Both the position numbers and the translations under genes were made by a program. The notes beneath the pieces are model-generated. The model had not been told where the DNA came from, searched no databases, and worked only from the letters and a program-made list of their open reading frames with translations. Below, piece by piece: positions 46,628 through 57,715 of a stretch of DNA of 64,000 bases. Source of the DNA: an uncultured Acidobacteriota bacterium (GTDB taxonomy: Bacteria > Acidobacteriota > Terriglobia > UBA7540); contig CAWDSK010000003.1 in NCBI GenBank assembly GCA_963804995.1, forward strand, positions 128,001 to 192,000, read 5' to 3'. Position 1 is the stretch's first letter. Every line of letters starts with the position of its first letter.

Positions 46628-49600
46628 CTACATCTCCGGGGCTAGACGGCGTGCCTCATGAGGATCCTTCCCTTGGATCCTGTACCACCAGTATTGCAGC
46701 CTGTCGAAATAGAGATATACGACCGGAGTCGTGTACAAAGTCAGCAACTGGCTTACCAGCAAACCACCGATGATGGCGATACCGAGCGGACGGCGAAACT
46801 CCGAGCCGGTACCGGTGCCAAGCGCCAGCGGCAGGGCGCCCAGCATCGCGGCCATGGTAGTCATCAGGATGGGGCGGAAGCGCAATAAGCACGCCTCATA
46901 GATGGAATCGCGCGAACTCTTGCCTTCGTTGCGCTCGGCGGCCAGAGCAAAATCAATCATCAGGATGGCATTCTTCTTCACGATTCCGATCAGGAGAATG
47001 ATACCGATGATGGCGATCACCGTGAGGTCGGTCCGTGTGAGCATGAGCGCCAGCAGTGCACCCACCCCGGCGGAAGGAAGCGTAGAAAGAATCGTGATGG
47101 GGTGAATGTAACTTTCGTACAGGACACCAAGCACGAGATAAACCGAAACGAGCGCTGCCGCGATCAGGAGAGGCTCACTCCCCAGCGAATCCTGGTAGGC
47201 TTGGGCCGTTCCGGAAAACCCCGTACGGACGGTAGGTGGAAGACCGATTTTGGAGGCGGCAGCGTTGATGGCATCGACAGCATCTCCGAGCGCCACCCCG
47301 GGCTGAAGGTTAAAAGAAACCGTGACAGCGGGAAAAAGGCCCTGGTGGTTTACAGAGAGAGGAGCAGTGATGGAGTTATAACGTGTAAAGGCGCTCAGGG
47401 GAACCTGTTGCCCGCTCGGAGAGCGCACGTAGAGTTGGCGCAGGGTGAGCGGATTCTGCCAATATTCGGGCGCCGTCTCCATAACCACATGGTATTGATT
47501 CAGCGGGGTGTACATGGTTGAGACCTGCCGCTGGCCGAAGGCATCGTAGAGCGTGTTGTCAATCAACTGGGGCGAAATGCCGAAGCGCGCGGCGGTGGCA
47601 CGATCATACTTCAGATAAGCCTGCAGCCCACGGTCCTGCTGGTCGCTGTTCACGTCCGCGATCAGACGGATGCCCCGCAACTCGTTTAACATCCGGGGAG
47701 CAAAATCCTGGAGGTCCTGGAGATTGTCGCCACTCATGGTGTACTGATACTGGGCGGCGCCAAACCGCCCCCCCACGCGCACATCCTGCGATGCCTGCAT
47801 GTAGAGTGCAGCGCCTGGCACCCGGGCCAGCTTGGGGCGGAGCCTCGCGATGATAAGATCGGCACTGACCTTTCTCTCCGCGAGCGGCTTCAGGGAGATG
47901 AACATCTGCGCGCTGTTCTGGGAGCCGCCCCCGCGACCACCTCCCCCCGTGAACCCATTGACGGTATCGACGGCCGGGTCGGCGTCCACGATGTCGATCA
48001 TCTGCCGCAAAATCCCGTCCATGGCTTGAAACGAGGTGTCCTGGTCAGCTTGAATCGCGCCCATGATTCGTCCGTTGTCCTGCTGGGGAAAGAATCCTTT
48101 GGACACGTGGATGTAGAGATAGATGTTCAGCGCAATGGTTGCCAGCAGCACCGCCAGGGTGATGGCCGGGAATGCCAACACTTTGGATAAGGTTCTCCCG
48201 TAAGCCCTCACCACTGCGTTGAAAGCTCGCTCCGAAGCGAGGTAGAGCCAACCATGGGACTCGTGTTCCTGCAGAAGATGAGCGCACATGGCAGGGGTGG
48301 CGGTGAGCGAGACCACCATCGATACCATAATGGCGACGGAGAGCGTTACTGAAAACTCGCGAAACAGGCGGCCCACCACGCCTCCCATCAGCAGCAGCGG
48401 GATGAACACCGCTACCAGCGAGATGCTGATGGTGAGGACGGTAAAACCAATTTCCCGCGCGCCGGTGAGCGCTGCTTGGAAAGGTTTCATGCCCTTTTCG
48501 AGATAGCGCGTGATGTTTTCAATCACCACAATCGCATCGTCAACCACAAAGCCTGTCGAGATACAGAGCGCCATCAAGGAAAGATTGTCCAGGCTGTAGC
48601 CCAGCAGATACATGACTCCGAAGGTTCCCACTAATGACACGGGAACCGCCACGCTCGGGATGAAGGTGGTCCGGGCGCTGCGCAGAAAAACAAAAACCAC
48701 CACGATAACCAGGAGCACGGAGATCAGCAGGGTTCTTTCCACATCGTGCACGGAGGCACGGATAGTGACGGTCTGATCCATGGCCACGCGCATATCGATG
48801 GTGGGTGGGATGTCCGCCTTAAGCTGGGGAAGCAGGGCACGGACGTTGTCGACGGTGTCGATAATGTTGGCCCCGGGCTGACGGAAGAGGATGAGTAGAA
48901 CGGAGGGCTTGCCGTTGGCATAGCCCGAGGCCATGATGTTCTCCGGCGCGTCCCGCGCCTCACCGATGTCCGAGATCCGAACGGCAGACCCCTTCCGGTA
49001 AGCCACGATCAGCGGCATGTAGTCAACCGCCTGGAAGAGCTGGTCGTTGGCGCCCACCTCCCACATGCGGTAACCATCCGAAAAGTGCCCCTTGGGGGTG
49101 TTGGCATTTGAGCCACTCAGGACGGTCCGGACCTGCTCGATCCCGATGCCGTATTTGTCCAGCTTGGCGGGATTCAGTTCGATTCGAACCCCCGGCAGGG
49201 CGCCTCCGCCCACGATCACCTGGCCTATCCCGCTCACCTGCGAAAGCTTCTGCGCCATGATCGTAGAAGCCGCGTCGTACATCCGGCTCTTACTGAGCAC
49301 GTCAGAAGTGAGCGCGATCATGAAAATGGGAGAATCGGCCGGATTCACCTTCCGGTAGGTGGGGTTATTGGGAAGGTTCGTGGGCAGGTAGCCCCGGGCA
49401 GCGTTGATGGCAGCCTGCACATCGCGGGCTGCTGCGTCAATGTTCCGGTTCAAGTCGAATTGCAAGGTTACGCTGGATGATCCCAGGGCACTGGAAGAAG
49501 TCATCTCCGTAACCGCCGCGATGCGGGAGAACTGACGCTCCAGGGGTGTTGCCACGGCGGAGGCCATGGTCTCAGGGCTGGCCCCTGGCAACCCGGCCCC

Positions 49601-49741
49601 CACCGAAATCGTCGGAAAATCCACTTGGGGCAGGGGTGAAACAGGGAGAAGGCGGAAGGCTACGGATCCGGCCAGGGCAATGGCGATGACCAGCAGCGTC
49701 GTAGCAATCGGTCTGTGGATGAACGGCTCGGAGATGCTCAT
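46628..49741 (-). CDS. mdtC: RND efflux permease MdtC-like
   Basis: [41 protein letters not shown]. Confidence 0.9.
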   Translation of the reverse strand: MSISEPFIHRPIATTLLVIAIALAGSVAFRLLPVSPLPQVDFPTISVGAGLPGASPETMASAVATPLERQFSRIAAVTEMTSSSALGSSSVTLQFDLNRNIDAAARDVQAAINAARGYLPTNLPNNPTYRKVNPADSPIFMIALTSDVLSKSRMYDAASTIMAQKLSQVSGIGQVIVGGGALPGVRIELNPAKLDKYGIGIEQVRTVLSGSNANTPKGHFSDGYRMWEVGANDQLFQAVDYMPLIVAYRKGSAVRISDIGEARDAPENIMASGYANGKPSVLLILFRQPGANIIDTVDNVRALLPQLKADIPPTIDMRVAMDQTVTIRASVHDVERTLLISVLLVIVVVFVFLRSARTTFIPSVAVPVSLVGTFGVMYLLGYSLDNLSLMALCISTGFVVDDAIVVIENITRYLEKGMKPFQAALTGAREIGFTVLTISISLVAVFIPLLLMGGVVGRLFREFSVTLSVAIMVSMVVSLTATPAMCAHLLQEHESHGWLYLASERAFNAVVRAYGRTLSKVLAFPAITLAVLLATIALNIYLYIHVSKGFFPQQDNGRIMGAIQADQDTSFQAMDGILRQMIDIVDADPAVDTVNGFTGGGGRGGGSQNSAQMFISLKPLAERKVSADLIIARLRPKLARVPGAALYMQASQDVRVGGRFGAAQYQYTMSGDNLQDLQDFAPRMLNELRGIRLIADVNSDQQDRGLQAYLKYDRATAARFGISPQLIDNTLYDAFGQRQVSTMYTPLNQYHVVMETAPEYWQNPLTLRQLYVRSPSGQQVPLSAFTRYNSITAPLSVNHQGLFPAVTVSFNLQPGVALGDAVDAINAAASKIGLPPTVRTGFSGTAQAYQDSLGSEPLLIAAALVSVYLVLGVLYESYIHPITILSTLPSAGVGALLALMLTRTDLTVIAIIGIILLIGIVKKNAILMIDFALAAERNEGKSSRDSIYEACLLRFRPILMTTMAAMLGALPLALGTGTGSEFRRPLGIAIIGGLLVSQLLTLYTTPVVYLYFDRLQYWWYRIQGKDPHEARRLAPEM

Positions 49742-49744
49742 GAA

Positions 49745-52700
49745 TTATTCCGCCGGAGCAGGCTCTGCACCAGGCAGGGCCACATGCTCGCCGGAGAACC
49801 GTTTGGCCAGACGATCGAACCAGAGATAGATGACCGGAGTGGTATAGAGCGTCAACATCTGGCTGAAAATCAGGCCCCCGACGATACTGATGCCCAAAGG
49901 CCGGCGGAGCTCCGACCCGGTGCCGGTACCCAGCGCCAGGGGAACACCACCCAGCAGCGCCGCCATGGTGGTCATGATGATCGGCCGAAAACGCAGCAGG
50001 CAAGCCTGGTAGATGGCGTTGATCGGCGTCAAGCCTTCCTTTCGTTCCGCTTCCAGGGCAAAATCGATCATCATGATGGCGTTTTTCTGTACAATGCCAA
50101 TCAACAGCACCAGGCCAATCAAGGCAATAACACTGAAATCGTTGCGGGTAAGCCAAAGGGCCAGCAGTGCCCCTACGCCCGCGGAGGGCAGCGTGGAAAG
50201 AATGGTTATGGGGTGAATATAGCTTTCATACAAAACCCCCAGAATGATATAGACCGTAACCACCGCGGCCAGAATCAGCCAGAGCTCATCCGCCAACGAG
50301 GCTTGGAAGGCCTGGGCCATGCCCTGGAACGACGGCTGGATACTCGCCGGCAGGCCCAGAGCCGGATCATCTTTCACCCGATTGACGGCCTTGACGGCGT
50401 CGCCCAAGGAAGCATCTTGTGCCAGGTTGAAGGAGAGCGTGACCACGGGAAACTGGCCTTGATGATTGACGGTAATCGGCACATTGATCGGCACGACATG
50501 GGTAAAAGCCGCCAAGGGCACTTGATTACCGGTTAGAAACACACCTGTTGAGGAGATCGATTTCCCTCCGAAGGCATTGTTCGAAGAGATCGAACTCAAG
50601 CTGCTGAGTGAGGAGGTGGTTGTAGACAGGCTGGCACTCGCCACGCTGGCCGAGCTGGAGGGTCCAAAGATCTGACTCGTCGCCGTCCCGCCTGCCACCA
50701 GTCCCGTGGCACCGCTGGGGGCTCCCGTCCCCGTCCTGATGTACAGGTCGCGCAGATCCAAGGGGTTCTGCTGAAAGTTGTTTTTCACTTCCAGGACCAC
50801 GTGGTATTGATTCAATTGGGTGAAGATCGTCGAAACTTCCCGCTGGCCATACGCATCATAGAGCGTCTGGTCAATAGCGGAGGGCGTGATCCCCAGGCGA
50901 TAAGCGGTTTCACGATCAAAGACCACTTGGGCGCGCAGGCCCTGGTCCTGCTGGTCGCTCGCCACGTTGCGCAGCTCGGGCTGCTTCCTCAACTCCTCCA
51001 CCATTTTGGGCGCGAACGCATTCAGCTCATCGACGTTGGGATCTTCGAGGGTGTACTGAAACTGCGTACGGCTCACCCGGTCCTCAACGGTTATATCCTG
51101 CACCGGTTGCATGAACAGGGTGATTCCTGCCACTTTGGCTAATTCCGGCTGCAAGCGCCGAATGACATCGCTGGCACTGACTTTGCGTTCGGAGAGTGCT
51201 TTCAGATTGATGAGTATGCGCCCGCTATTCAGTGTGGTGTTCGTGCCGTCGATTCCGATAAAAGAGGAGAGGTTATCCACGGCCGGATCTTGCAGAATGA
51301 CATTCGCCAGCGCCTGCTGTTCCCTGGACATCTCAGGGAAGGAAACGGTCTGCGCCGATTCCGAAACACCCTGAATGACCCCGGTATCCTGAATCGGAAA
51401 AAAACCTTTGGGGATATAAATGTAAAACAGCGCGGTGCAAGCCAGGGTGGCAATGGCCACGAGCAGAGTCGTGGTCTGATGGCGTAACACCACTTGGAGG
51501 GTGCGGTCATACAGTGCCAGCAACCCGTTCCACCCTGCCTCAATCGTGCGGTACAACCTCCCTTGCTCAGCAGCGGTATGGTGCCGCAAGAGTTTGGAGC
51601 ACATCATGGGCGTCAGGGTCAGCGAAACGATACAGGAAACCAGGATGGTCACCGCCAAGGTAACGGCAAATTCCCGGAAGAGGCGCCCGACAATGTCCCC
51701 CATGAACAACAAAGGGATGAGGCCGGCAATCAGGGAGATGGTCAGCGAAACAATGGTGAAACCTATCTGCTCCGATCCTTTGAGCGCGGCTCGCAGCGGC
51801 GCATCGCCCTCCTCGATGTAGCGCATGATGTTCTCAATCATCACGATCGCATCATCGACCACGAAACCCGTCGAAATGGTCAAGGCCATCAGGCTCAAAT
51901 TGTTCAAGCTATAGCCGAGCATGTACATGACGCCGAAAGTCCCCACCAGGGACAAGGGAACAGCAACACTGGGTATCACGGTGGCAGCCAGGTTGCGCAA
52001 GAACAGGAAGATCACCATCACCACCAGCGCAATCGCCAGGAGAAGCGAGAATTGCACATCGGTAACCGAGGCCCGGATCGTGTTGGTCCGGTCGGTCAGA
52101 ATGCTGACCTTGACGGAGGAGGGCATGGTGCTGGTGAGCTGGGGAAGAAGCAACTTGATGCGGTCGGCAACCGAGATGATATTCGCGCCCGGCTGCCGCT
52201 TGATGTTGACGATTACGGCAGGAACGTCGTTCATCCAGGCCGCTTGGCGAAGGTTCTCGGCGTCGTCGGAAATTTCCGCAACATCCGTTAATTTCACCGG
52301 GGAGCCGTTCCGGTAAGCAATGACCAACGGAGCGTAATCGGCGCTGGAGAGAAGCTGGTCGTTGGCGCCAATCTGGTAGGACTGCCGCGGCCCATCAAAG
52401 TTGCCCTTCGCCAGGTTAACATTGGCTGCCACGATGGTGCTGCGCAAATCCTCCAGGTTGAGCCCGAAGGCTGCCAGCGCCGTGGGATTGGCACGGATGC
52501 GGACCGAGGGTTTCTGGCCACCGCTGATGCTGACCAGCCCGACTCCCGGCAACTGTGAAATCTTCGGAGCCAGCCGCGTGTCGGCAAGGTCTTCGACTTT
52601 GGTGAGCGGAAGATTCTTGGAAGTCAGGGCCAGGGTCAGAATAGGAGCGTCGGCAGGATTGCTTTTGCTATAGATGGGTGGCGTCGGAAGGTCAGGGGGA

Positions 52701-53056
52701 AGGTAGGTTCCCGAAGCATTGATGGACTGCTGTACTTCCTGTTCCGCAACGTCAATATTGAGGCTGAGGTTGAATTGCAGGGTGATGACCGAGCTTCCGT
52801 CGGAGCTGACGGAGGTCATCTGCTGGAGCCCCGGCACCTGGCCAAATTGGCGCTCCAGCGGAGCCGTGACCGAAGACGCCATCACATCCGGGCTGGCCCC
52901 GGGATAAAACGTGATGACCTGAATGGTCGGGTAATCCACCTCCGGCAAGGCCGATACCGGCAACTGCTTGTATGCTACTGCGCCCGCCAGGAGGATGCCG
53001 ACCATGAGCAAAGAGGTCGCCACGGGTCGGAGGATGAATATCCGTGACGGGCTCAT
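49745..53056 (-). CDS. mdtB: RND efflux permease MdtB-like
   Basis: [31 protein letters not shown]. Confidence 0.9.
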   Translation of the reverse strand: MSPSRIFILRPVATSLLMVGILLAGAVAYKQLPVSALPEVDYPTIQVITFYPGASPDVMASSVTAPLERQFGQVPGLQQMTSVSSDGSSVITLQFNLSLNIDVAEQEVQQSINASGTYLPPDLPTPPIYSKSNPADAPILTLALTSKNLPLTKVEDLADTRLAPKISQLPGVGLVSISGGQKPSVRIRANPTALAAFGLNLEDLRSTIVAANVNLAKGNFDGPRQSYQIGANDQLLSSADYAPLVIAYRNGSPVKLTDVAEISDDAENLRQAAWMNDVPAVIVNIKRQPGANIISVADRIKLLLPQLTSTMPSSVKVSILTDRTNTIRASVTDVQFSLLLAIALVVMVIFLFLRNLAATVIPSVAVPLSLVGTFGVMYMLGYSLNNLSLMALTISTGFVVDDAIVMIENIMRYIEEGDAPLRAALKGSEQIGFTIVSLTISLIAGLIPLLFMGDIVGRLFREFAVTLAVTILVSCIVSLTLTPMMCSKLLRHHTAAEQGRLYRTIEAGWNGLLALYDRTLQVVLRHQTTTLLVAIATLACTALFYIYIPKGFFPIQDTGVIQGVSESAQTVSFPEMSREQQALANVILQDPAVDNLSSFIGIDGTNTTLNSGRILINLKALSERKVSASDVIRRLQPELAKVAGITLFMQPVQDITVEDRVSRTQFQYTLEDPNVDELNAFAPKMVEELRKQPELRNVASDQQDQGLRAQVVFDRETAYRLGITPSAIDQTLYDAYGQREVSTIFTQLNQYHVVLEVKNNFQQNPLDLRDLYIRTGTGAPSGATGLVAGGTATSQIFGPSSSASVASASLSTTTSSLSSLSSISSNNAFGGKSISSTGVFLTGNQVPLAAFTHVVPINVPITVNHQGQFPVVTLSFNLAQDASLGDAVKAVNRVKDDPALGLPASIQPSFQGMAQAFQASLADELWLILAAVVTVYIILGVLYESYIHPITILSTLPSAGVGALLALWLTRNDFSVIALIGLVLLIGIVQKNAIMMIDFALEAERKEGLTPINAIYQACLLRFRPIIMTTMAALLGGVPLALGTGTGSELRRPLGISIVGGLIFSQMLTLYTTPVIYLWFDRLAKRFSGEHVALPGAEPAPAE

Positions 53057-54327
53057 GAACTTCCCTTCTGGGTCCTTTCGTCGTTCATCTGCACTTTAAC
53101 CTTGGTCCCCTCTTGGAGTTTGTCCACACCAGTCATGACCACTACATCACCCGGGGATAGACCCGCGGTAACCTCGGATTCGTCACCTTCCGTGGTGCCA
53201 ATGCTGATGGGCCGAATCGTCACACTGGAATCGCCTTTCACCACAAAAGCGTAAGCGGTTTGGGAGTTCCTCTGCACTGTAGCGGTAGGGATCAGGGTCA
53301 CGCCTTGCTTCTCCTCCACCAATAAGCGCACGTTGACAAACTGGTTGGGGAACAAGCTCCCATTCCGATTGTCGAAGTTCGCGCGCAGTTTAATGGTACC
53401 GGTGGTCGGATCGATTTGATTATCAATTGTCTCCAGCCAACCTTGTGCGATTTTGACCTTCTTATCCGGGTCAACCGCCTCCACTCCTAGCCGCTTCCCA
53501 CCGCGGAATTTTTGGAGGACAGTAGGAAGCTGGCCTTCCGGGAGGGTGAATATTACGCTGATGGGTTCAACTTGCGTGATGACCACTAACCCGGTGGCGT
53601 CGTTCGCCGTCACGTAGTTCCCCGGATCAATGAGGCGCAACCCCACGCGGCCGGTAATCGGGGCAGTAATATGACAATAAACGAGGTCTAGCTTGGCGTT
53701 ATCGATCTGGGCTTGATCAGATTTGACGACTCCCTCAATCTGCTTCACCATGGCGGTTTGCGTCGCCAATTGCTGCTCGGGAATTGCCTTCAGGGGCGCC
53801 AGAGTCGCATAGCGAGCGAGATCCACTCGGGCGTTGTCCAGATTGGCCTGGTCACGCGCCAATCCCGCTTCGGCTTGCTCCAACATAACCTGATAGGGCC
53901 GCGGGTCGATTTCCGCCAGTAAGTCACCCGTGTGGACCGTGTCACCCTCCTTGTAGAGGACGTTCATCAGATATCCACTCAGTTGACTTTTGATAGTAAC
54001 CGTGTAAATCGGGGTCACCGTGCCCAAACCTGTGAAAAACACGCCGATGTCGCCCTGATGAGCGCGCGCCGCAACCACGGGAACTACGCCCGAGCCTCGT
54101 CCGGACTTGCTGCCTGGCGATTGGGCAGAAGCAGTGGCCGCCTTGGCAGAATTTGCATGAGAGCGGAAATAATAATAGACGCCCGCCCCGACCAAAACTA
54201 AAATCACCACCCACAGCCATCCATATCCCTTGGGTTTTCCCGGAGGGGGGGACTCTGTCATCCGAAAGCTCGGCATGGTTTCCTGCAGGTCATGCCGATC
54301 GAGCGTGTTGGGTTTTTCCAGATTCAT
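53053..54327 (-). CDS. mdtA: RND membrane fusion protein MdtA-like
   Basis: TM anchor, [35 protein letters not shown]. Confidence 0.9.
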   Translation of the reverse strand: MNLEKPNTLDRHDLQETMPSFRMTESPPPGKPKGYGWLWVVILVLVGAGVYYYFRSHANSAKAATASAQSPGSKSGRGSGVVPVVAARAHQGDIGVFFTGLGTVTPIYTVTIKSQLSGYLMNVLYKEGDTVHTGDLLAEIDPRPYQVMLEQAEAGLARDQANLDNARVDLARYATLAPLKAIPEQQLATQTAMVKQIEGVVKSDQAQIDNAKLDLVYCHITAPITGRVGLRLIDPGNYVTANDATGLVVITQVEPISVIFTLPEGQLPTVLQKFRGGKRLGVEAVDPDKKVKIAQGWLETIDNQIDPTTGTIKLRANFDNRNGSLFPNQFVNVRLLVEEKQGVTLIPTATVQRNSQTAYAFVVKGDSSVTIRPISIGTTEGDESEVTAGLSPGDVVVMTGVDKLQEGTKVKVQMNDERTQKGSS

Positions 54328-54840
54328 AGTCTATAGGCCTCTGCTATTGCTGAGGAAAACGGACGGGATCTCGCCGGATGTGCGTTTTCGCAAGAGAGGG
54401 CTTTTCTCGCTGCCAGTGGCGCCTCGGCGCCTCCTCAAGCCGAAGGCGGTACCCTTTATGCCGTCGTAGGAAGTATGGTCTGGGATGGCTAAGTATCAGT
54501 CTTCCGTAGTCCTTCCGGACGTGCCACCACTCCGATCCCTATCCCAGGAAACAGCTTTATTGCGCCTTACAAATTTAACAAGATAATTCGACGATACAGG
54601 AACACTCCTGGTTACCTCTTACGACCCCCGTGGCTTCATTTAACTACGGTGCTCCACCCGCTATACTCATCATTCCGCACCTACTGTTACCCCTGGAGGG
54701 GGTATTGTAAAGAATCGATTCCCTTGCGCCCATGGGATCCCACCACCGACTACCACGGCGGCCAGAATATCATAAGTGGTAATTCCAGAATACCTTCCCC
54801 GAAGTGGCTCCGAATGGCAGTCCCGGAAAGTACCCAGGGC

Positions 54841-55557
54841 TCACAATTTCCCGATATGAAAGACAATTCCTGCCGTGTATTCCAAATTGTGAGCACGCCC
54901 GGTCACGGGAAAAATCGCTTCACTTTGCGGGTTCGGCAGGCCGAAAGCGGGCGAGCTGGTAATGTGATCTCGCACGTCAAGGCGGAGTGTAACCCGCTTC
55001 ATGATTTTGCGATCCAGGCCGCCTCCAAAGTTTAATCCGAATTTATTGTTGGCGTTGATTGCTGCCGTGCTCACCGCGCCGAATCCCTGGTTTTTGGCAG
55101 TGGTGATAGCCGCGGGCGTGGGACTGAACCGGTCGTCCTCAGCTCCCGCCTCCCCATAAGGCCGCAGGCCATGGAAGGCGAAGGGCGCGTGGAAAACCGC
55201 ACTCATGCTGCCCATATAATCGCGGACCGGGTACACCACTCCTACGTGTGGAAACACATTGGTATTGGTCACTACCAAATTATTCGGTCCGTACGAGTAC
55301 GCTGCCTCGATGCTGAGAATCTTATTGTAAGGTACTGCCACACCCAGGTTAAACTTGGGGCCCAGGTCATATCGCGAATGGTACTGCCTTTCCGCGGATT
55401 GAAAATACTCCGCATCGACAAGGGTTGACGCCCCTCCCAGCAAAAAGACATCAAACTGCATATTCTTCGTGAGATCTCGGGCTTGCGCCCCGGCTGTGCT
55501 CAATAACAAAGCCGTCAGCACCATCAACCTCTGCAGCGTTCTCTTCACCATGATCAA
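54841..55557 (-). CDS. Outer-membrane beta-barrel protein
   Basis: Signal peptide, alternating beta-strands, NFGGG, LRLDVRD. Confidence 0.75.
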   Translation of the reverse strand: MIMVKRTLQRLMVLTALLLSTAGAQARDLTKNMQFDVFLLGGASTLVDAEYFQSAERQYHSRYDLGPKFNLGVAVPYNKILSIEAAYSYGPNNLVVTNTNVFPHVGVVYPVRDYMGSMSAVFHAPFAFHGLRPYGEAGAEDDRFSPTPAAITTAKNQGFGAVSTAAINANNKFGLNFGGGLDRKIMKRVTLRLDVRDHITSSPAFGLPNPQSEAIFPVTGRAHNLEYTAGIVFHIGKL

Positions 55558-55990
55558 ATGAACCTCCTGGGCATCTTAAACCGGGGAATTTAGGCTCTCT
55601 TCGGGCGACGCTTCTTCTCTGGCGCGGGTTGCGGCTTCGAATCTGCGCGGGGGGGGCTGACCCGAAGGTTTGAACTTACCCGCCCATCCCCGAGCGCCCG
55701 TCAGGATTGGCAGGCGCCAGGGTTTGATGCCGGCCGCCTTTAGCCAGTTGGATTGACCATCCCACCGAGTGGAGATTACCGCACGCTATCCGTTCGATAG
55801 CGCAGTGATCTGTTTAGCATTCCTTGCACCTTCGCCGCGCACCGAATCTCGACGAAATAGTTTACTACGCATAGGGACCAAGGGCCTAGATCCGTGATGC
55901 AATAACCCGGCGCCCTCCAACCTACCTTTTGACGGCTCACCCCAGGCTCGCTATAATTTAGCTTAGGGCGGAATTGAAAGGAAGGTGTGC

Positions 55991-56302
55991 TTGCCGCTTT
56001 ACGAATATCAGTGCAAAAAGTGCGGACAACGCATTGAAAAAATCCAGAAATTCTCCGACTCCATACTAACCACCTGTGGAGAATGTGGAGGAAAACTGGA
56101 ACGTTTGCTTTCATCACCCGCCATTCGGTTCAAGGGTTCCGGGTGGTACGTCAATGACTACGCACGCGGCTCTTCACCAGGTTCCAACTCCCGCTCGCCA
56201 GATCCTTCCGAGGGAGCAGCCAAAAAATCTGGGGAATCGAGCCAAGCCAGTGAACCCGCGAAGTCCACCGAACCCGCCAAGCCCACTCCCAGCAAGGATT
56301 GA
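55991..56302 (+). CDS. FmdB-family zinc-ribbon protein
   Basis: PLYEYQCKKCG...CGECG...FKGSGWY.NDY. Confidence 0.9.
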   Translation: MPLYEYQCKKCGQRIEKIQKFSDSILTTCGECGGKLERLLSSPAIRFKGSGWYVNDYARGSSPGSNSRSPDPSEGAAKKSGESSQASEPAKSTEPAKPTPSKD

Positions 56303-56393
56303 TTCTCTTCCCCGAATACCCTGAGCCAGCCGGCAGAGCCAGACCCTTCGCCACCCTCAAGTCGACAGGTTCAAAAGCGTCTTCAGCAAATTG

Positions 56394-57272
56394 TTAAAGA
56401 TGGAGCGATTTAAGGTACCGCCGAAAAGCTCTGCCCATGTCCGGACGGTTCAGGGCCATTTCAACCGTCGCCTGAAGAAAACCAAGCTTGTCACCCGCGT
56501 CGAATCGCTTACCCTCAAAGACATAACCGTAGATCGGTTCCGTCGAGAGCAGCCCCCGTAAGGCATCCGTGAGTTGGATCTCTCCCCCCGCGCCTGCTGT
56601 CGTAGCAGAGAGCTCTTTGAAAATTGTCGGGGTCAGGATATAGCGCCCGATGACTGCCAAATTCGAGGGGGCTTCCTTAGGAGAAGGTTTTTCGATCATA
56701 TCCTGGATAGCATACAGGCGGCCGTCCCAATCGCGGCCCGGCACCAGATGCCCCCGAATGATCCCATAGCTCAAGACGGCCTTCCGCGGAACCCTCTGGA
56801 TGGCAATCACGCTTCGCCCATAGCATTCGAAGACCTTCAGCATCTGTTTCAGGCAGGGAACCTTACTCACAATGACGTCGTCTGAAAGCAGCACGGCAAA
56901 GGGTTCGTCTCCCACCAAATCACGCGCGGTCAGGATGGCATCGCCCAAGCCGCGCGGAATCTGCTGCCGAATATAGGCGAACCGCAGCATGCTGGAAATC
57001 CTGCGCAGTTGCTCGCGCAACTGTTCCTTCCCTCTTCCCGCCAACTCCTGTTCCAGCTCCGCCGAAACATCAAAATGATTTTCAATGGCCTGTTTGCCGC
57101 GCCCCGTCACGAAGACCGCCATGGGAATGCCGGAGGCCGCAACTTCCTCCACCGCGTACTGCACGAGTGGCTTGTCCACGATGGGCAGCATTTCTTTCGG
57201 TTGAGCCTTGGTCGCCGGCAGAAAACGTGTGCCTAATCCTGCCACAGGCAATACGGCTTTTTGAATCGTCAT
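56394..57272 (-). CDS. galU: UTP-glucose-1-phosphate uridylyltransferase
   Basis: KAVLPVAGLGTRFLPATKAQPKEML, GEIQLTDA. Confidence 0.96.
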   Translation of the reverse strand: MTIQKAVLPVAGLGTRFLPATKAQPKEMLPIVDKPLVQYAVEEVAASGIPMAVFVTGRGKQAIENHFDVSAELEQELAGRGKEQLREQLRRISSMLRFAYIRQQIPRGLGDAILTARDLVGDEPFAVLLSDDVIVSKVPCLKQMLKVFECYGRSVIAIQRVPRKAVLSYGIIRGHLVPGRDWDGRLYAIQDMIEKPSPKEAPSNLAVIGRYILTPTIFKELSATTAGAGGEIQLTDALRGLLSTEPIYGYVFEGKRFDAGDKLGFLQATVEMALNRPDMGRAFRRYLKSLHL

Positions 57273-57715
57273 GATCCCTCTTGCACCATCAGGCATTGCA
57301 GCAATCAAACTTCCCAATTCACGCTCAGTGTATCCTCTCACCTCCCGCCGCGTCAAAGAGTGTCCTTTGACTGCTTAGTGTGGCGGAACCACCCATGAAA
57401 AGTCAGGGGGGGGAAAACGCATGAAGATGAGGAAATTGGTGAGAACTAGCCCGCTATACCCCGCTAAAAGCAACAAATTGGACATGTCCCACAATGACAA
57501 ATAGTCGGAGGCCTGCAAAAGTGGTATGGGCGAGAACCCAACGCCGGGCCCGACTTCGTCACCCCTCGCCGCAGCGGGCGTGCCCCATTTCCACCTCCGG
57601 CTCTCACCCCAATTCTGTTAACACATCCGAATCTCAACGCAAGGGCGCGGCGTGGGGGAGCGACAACCCAACGAGCACGCCATTCTTATGTTCGTATTAA
57701 CCAGATCCTTGCTAA

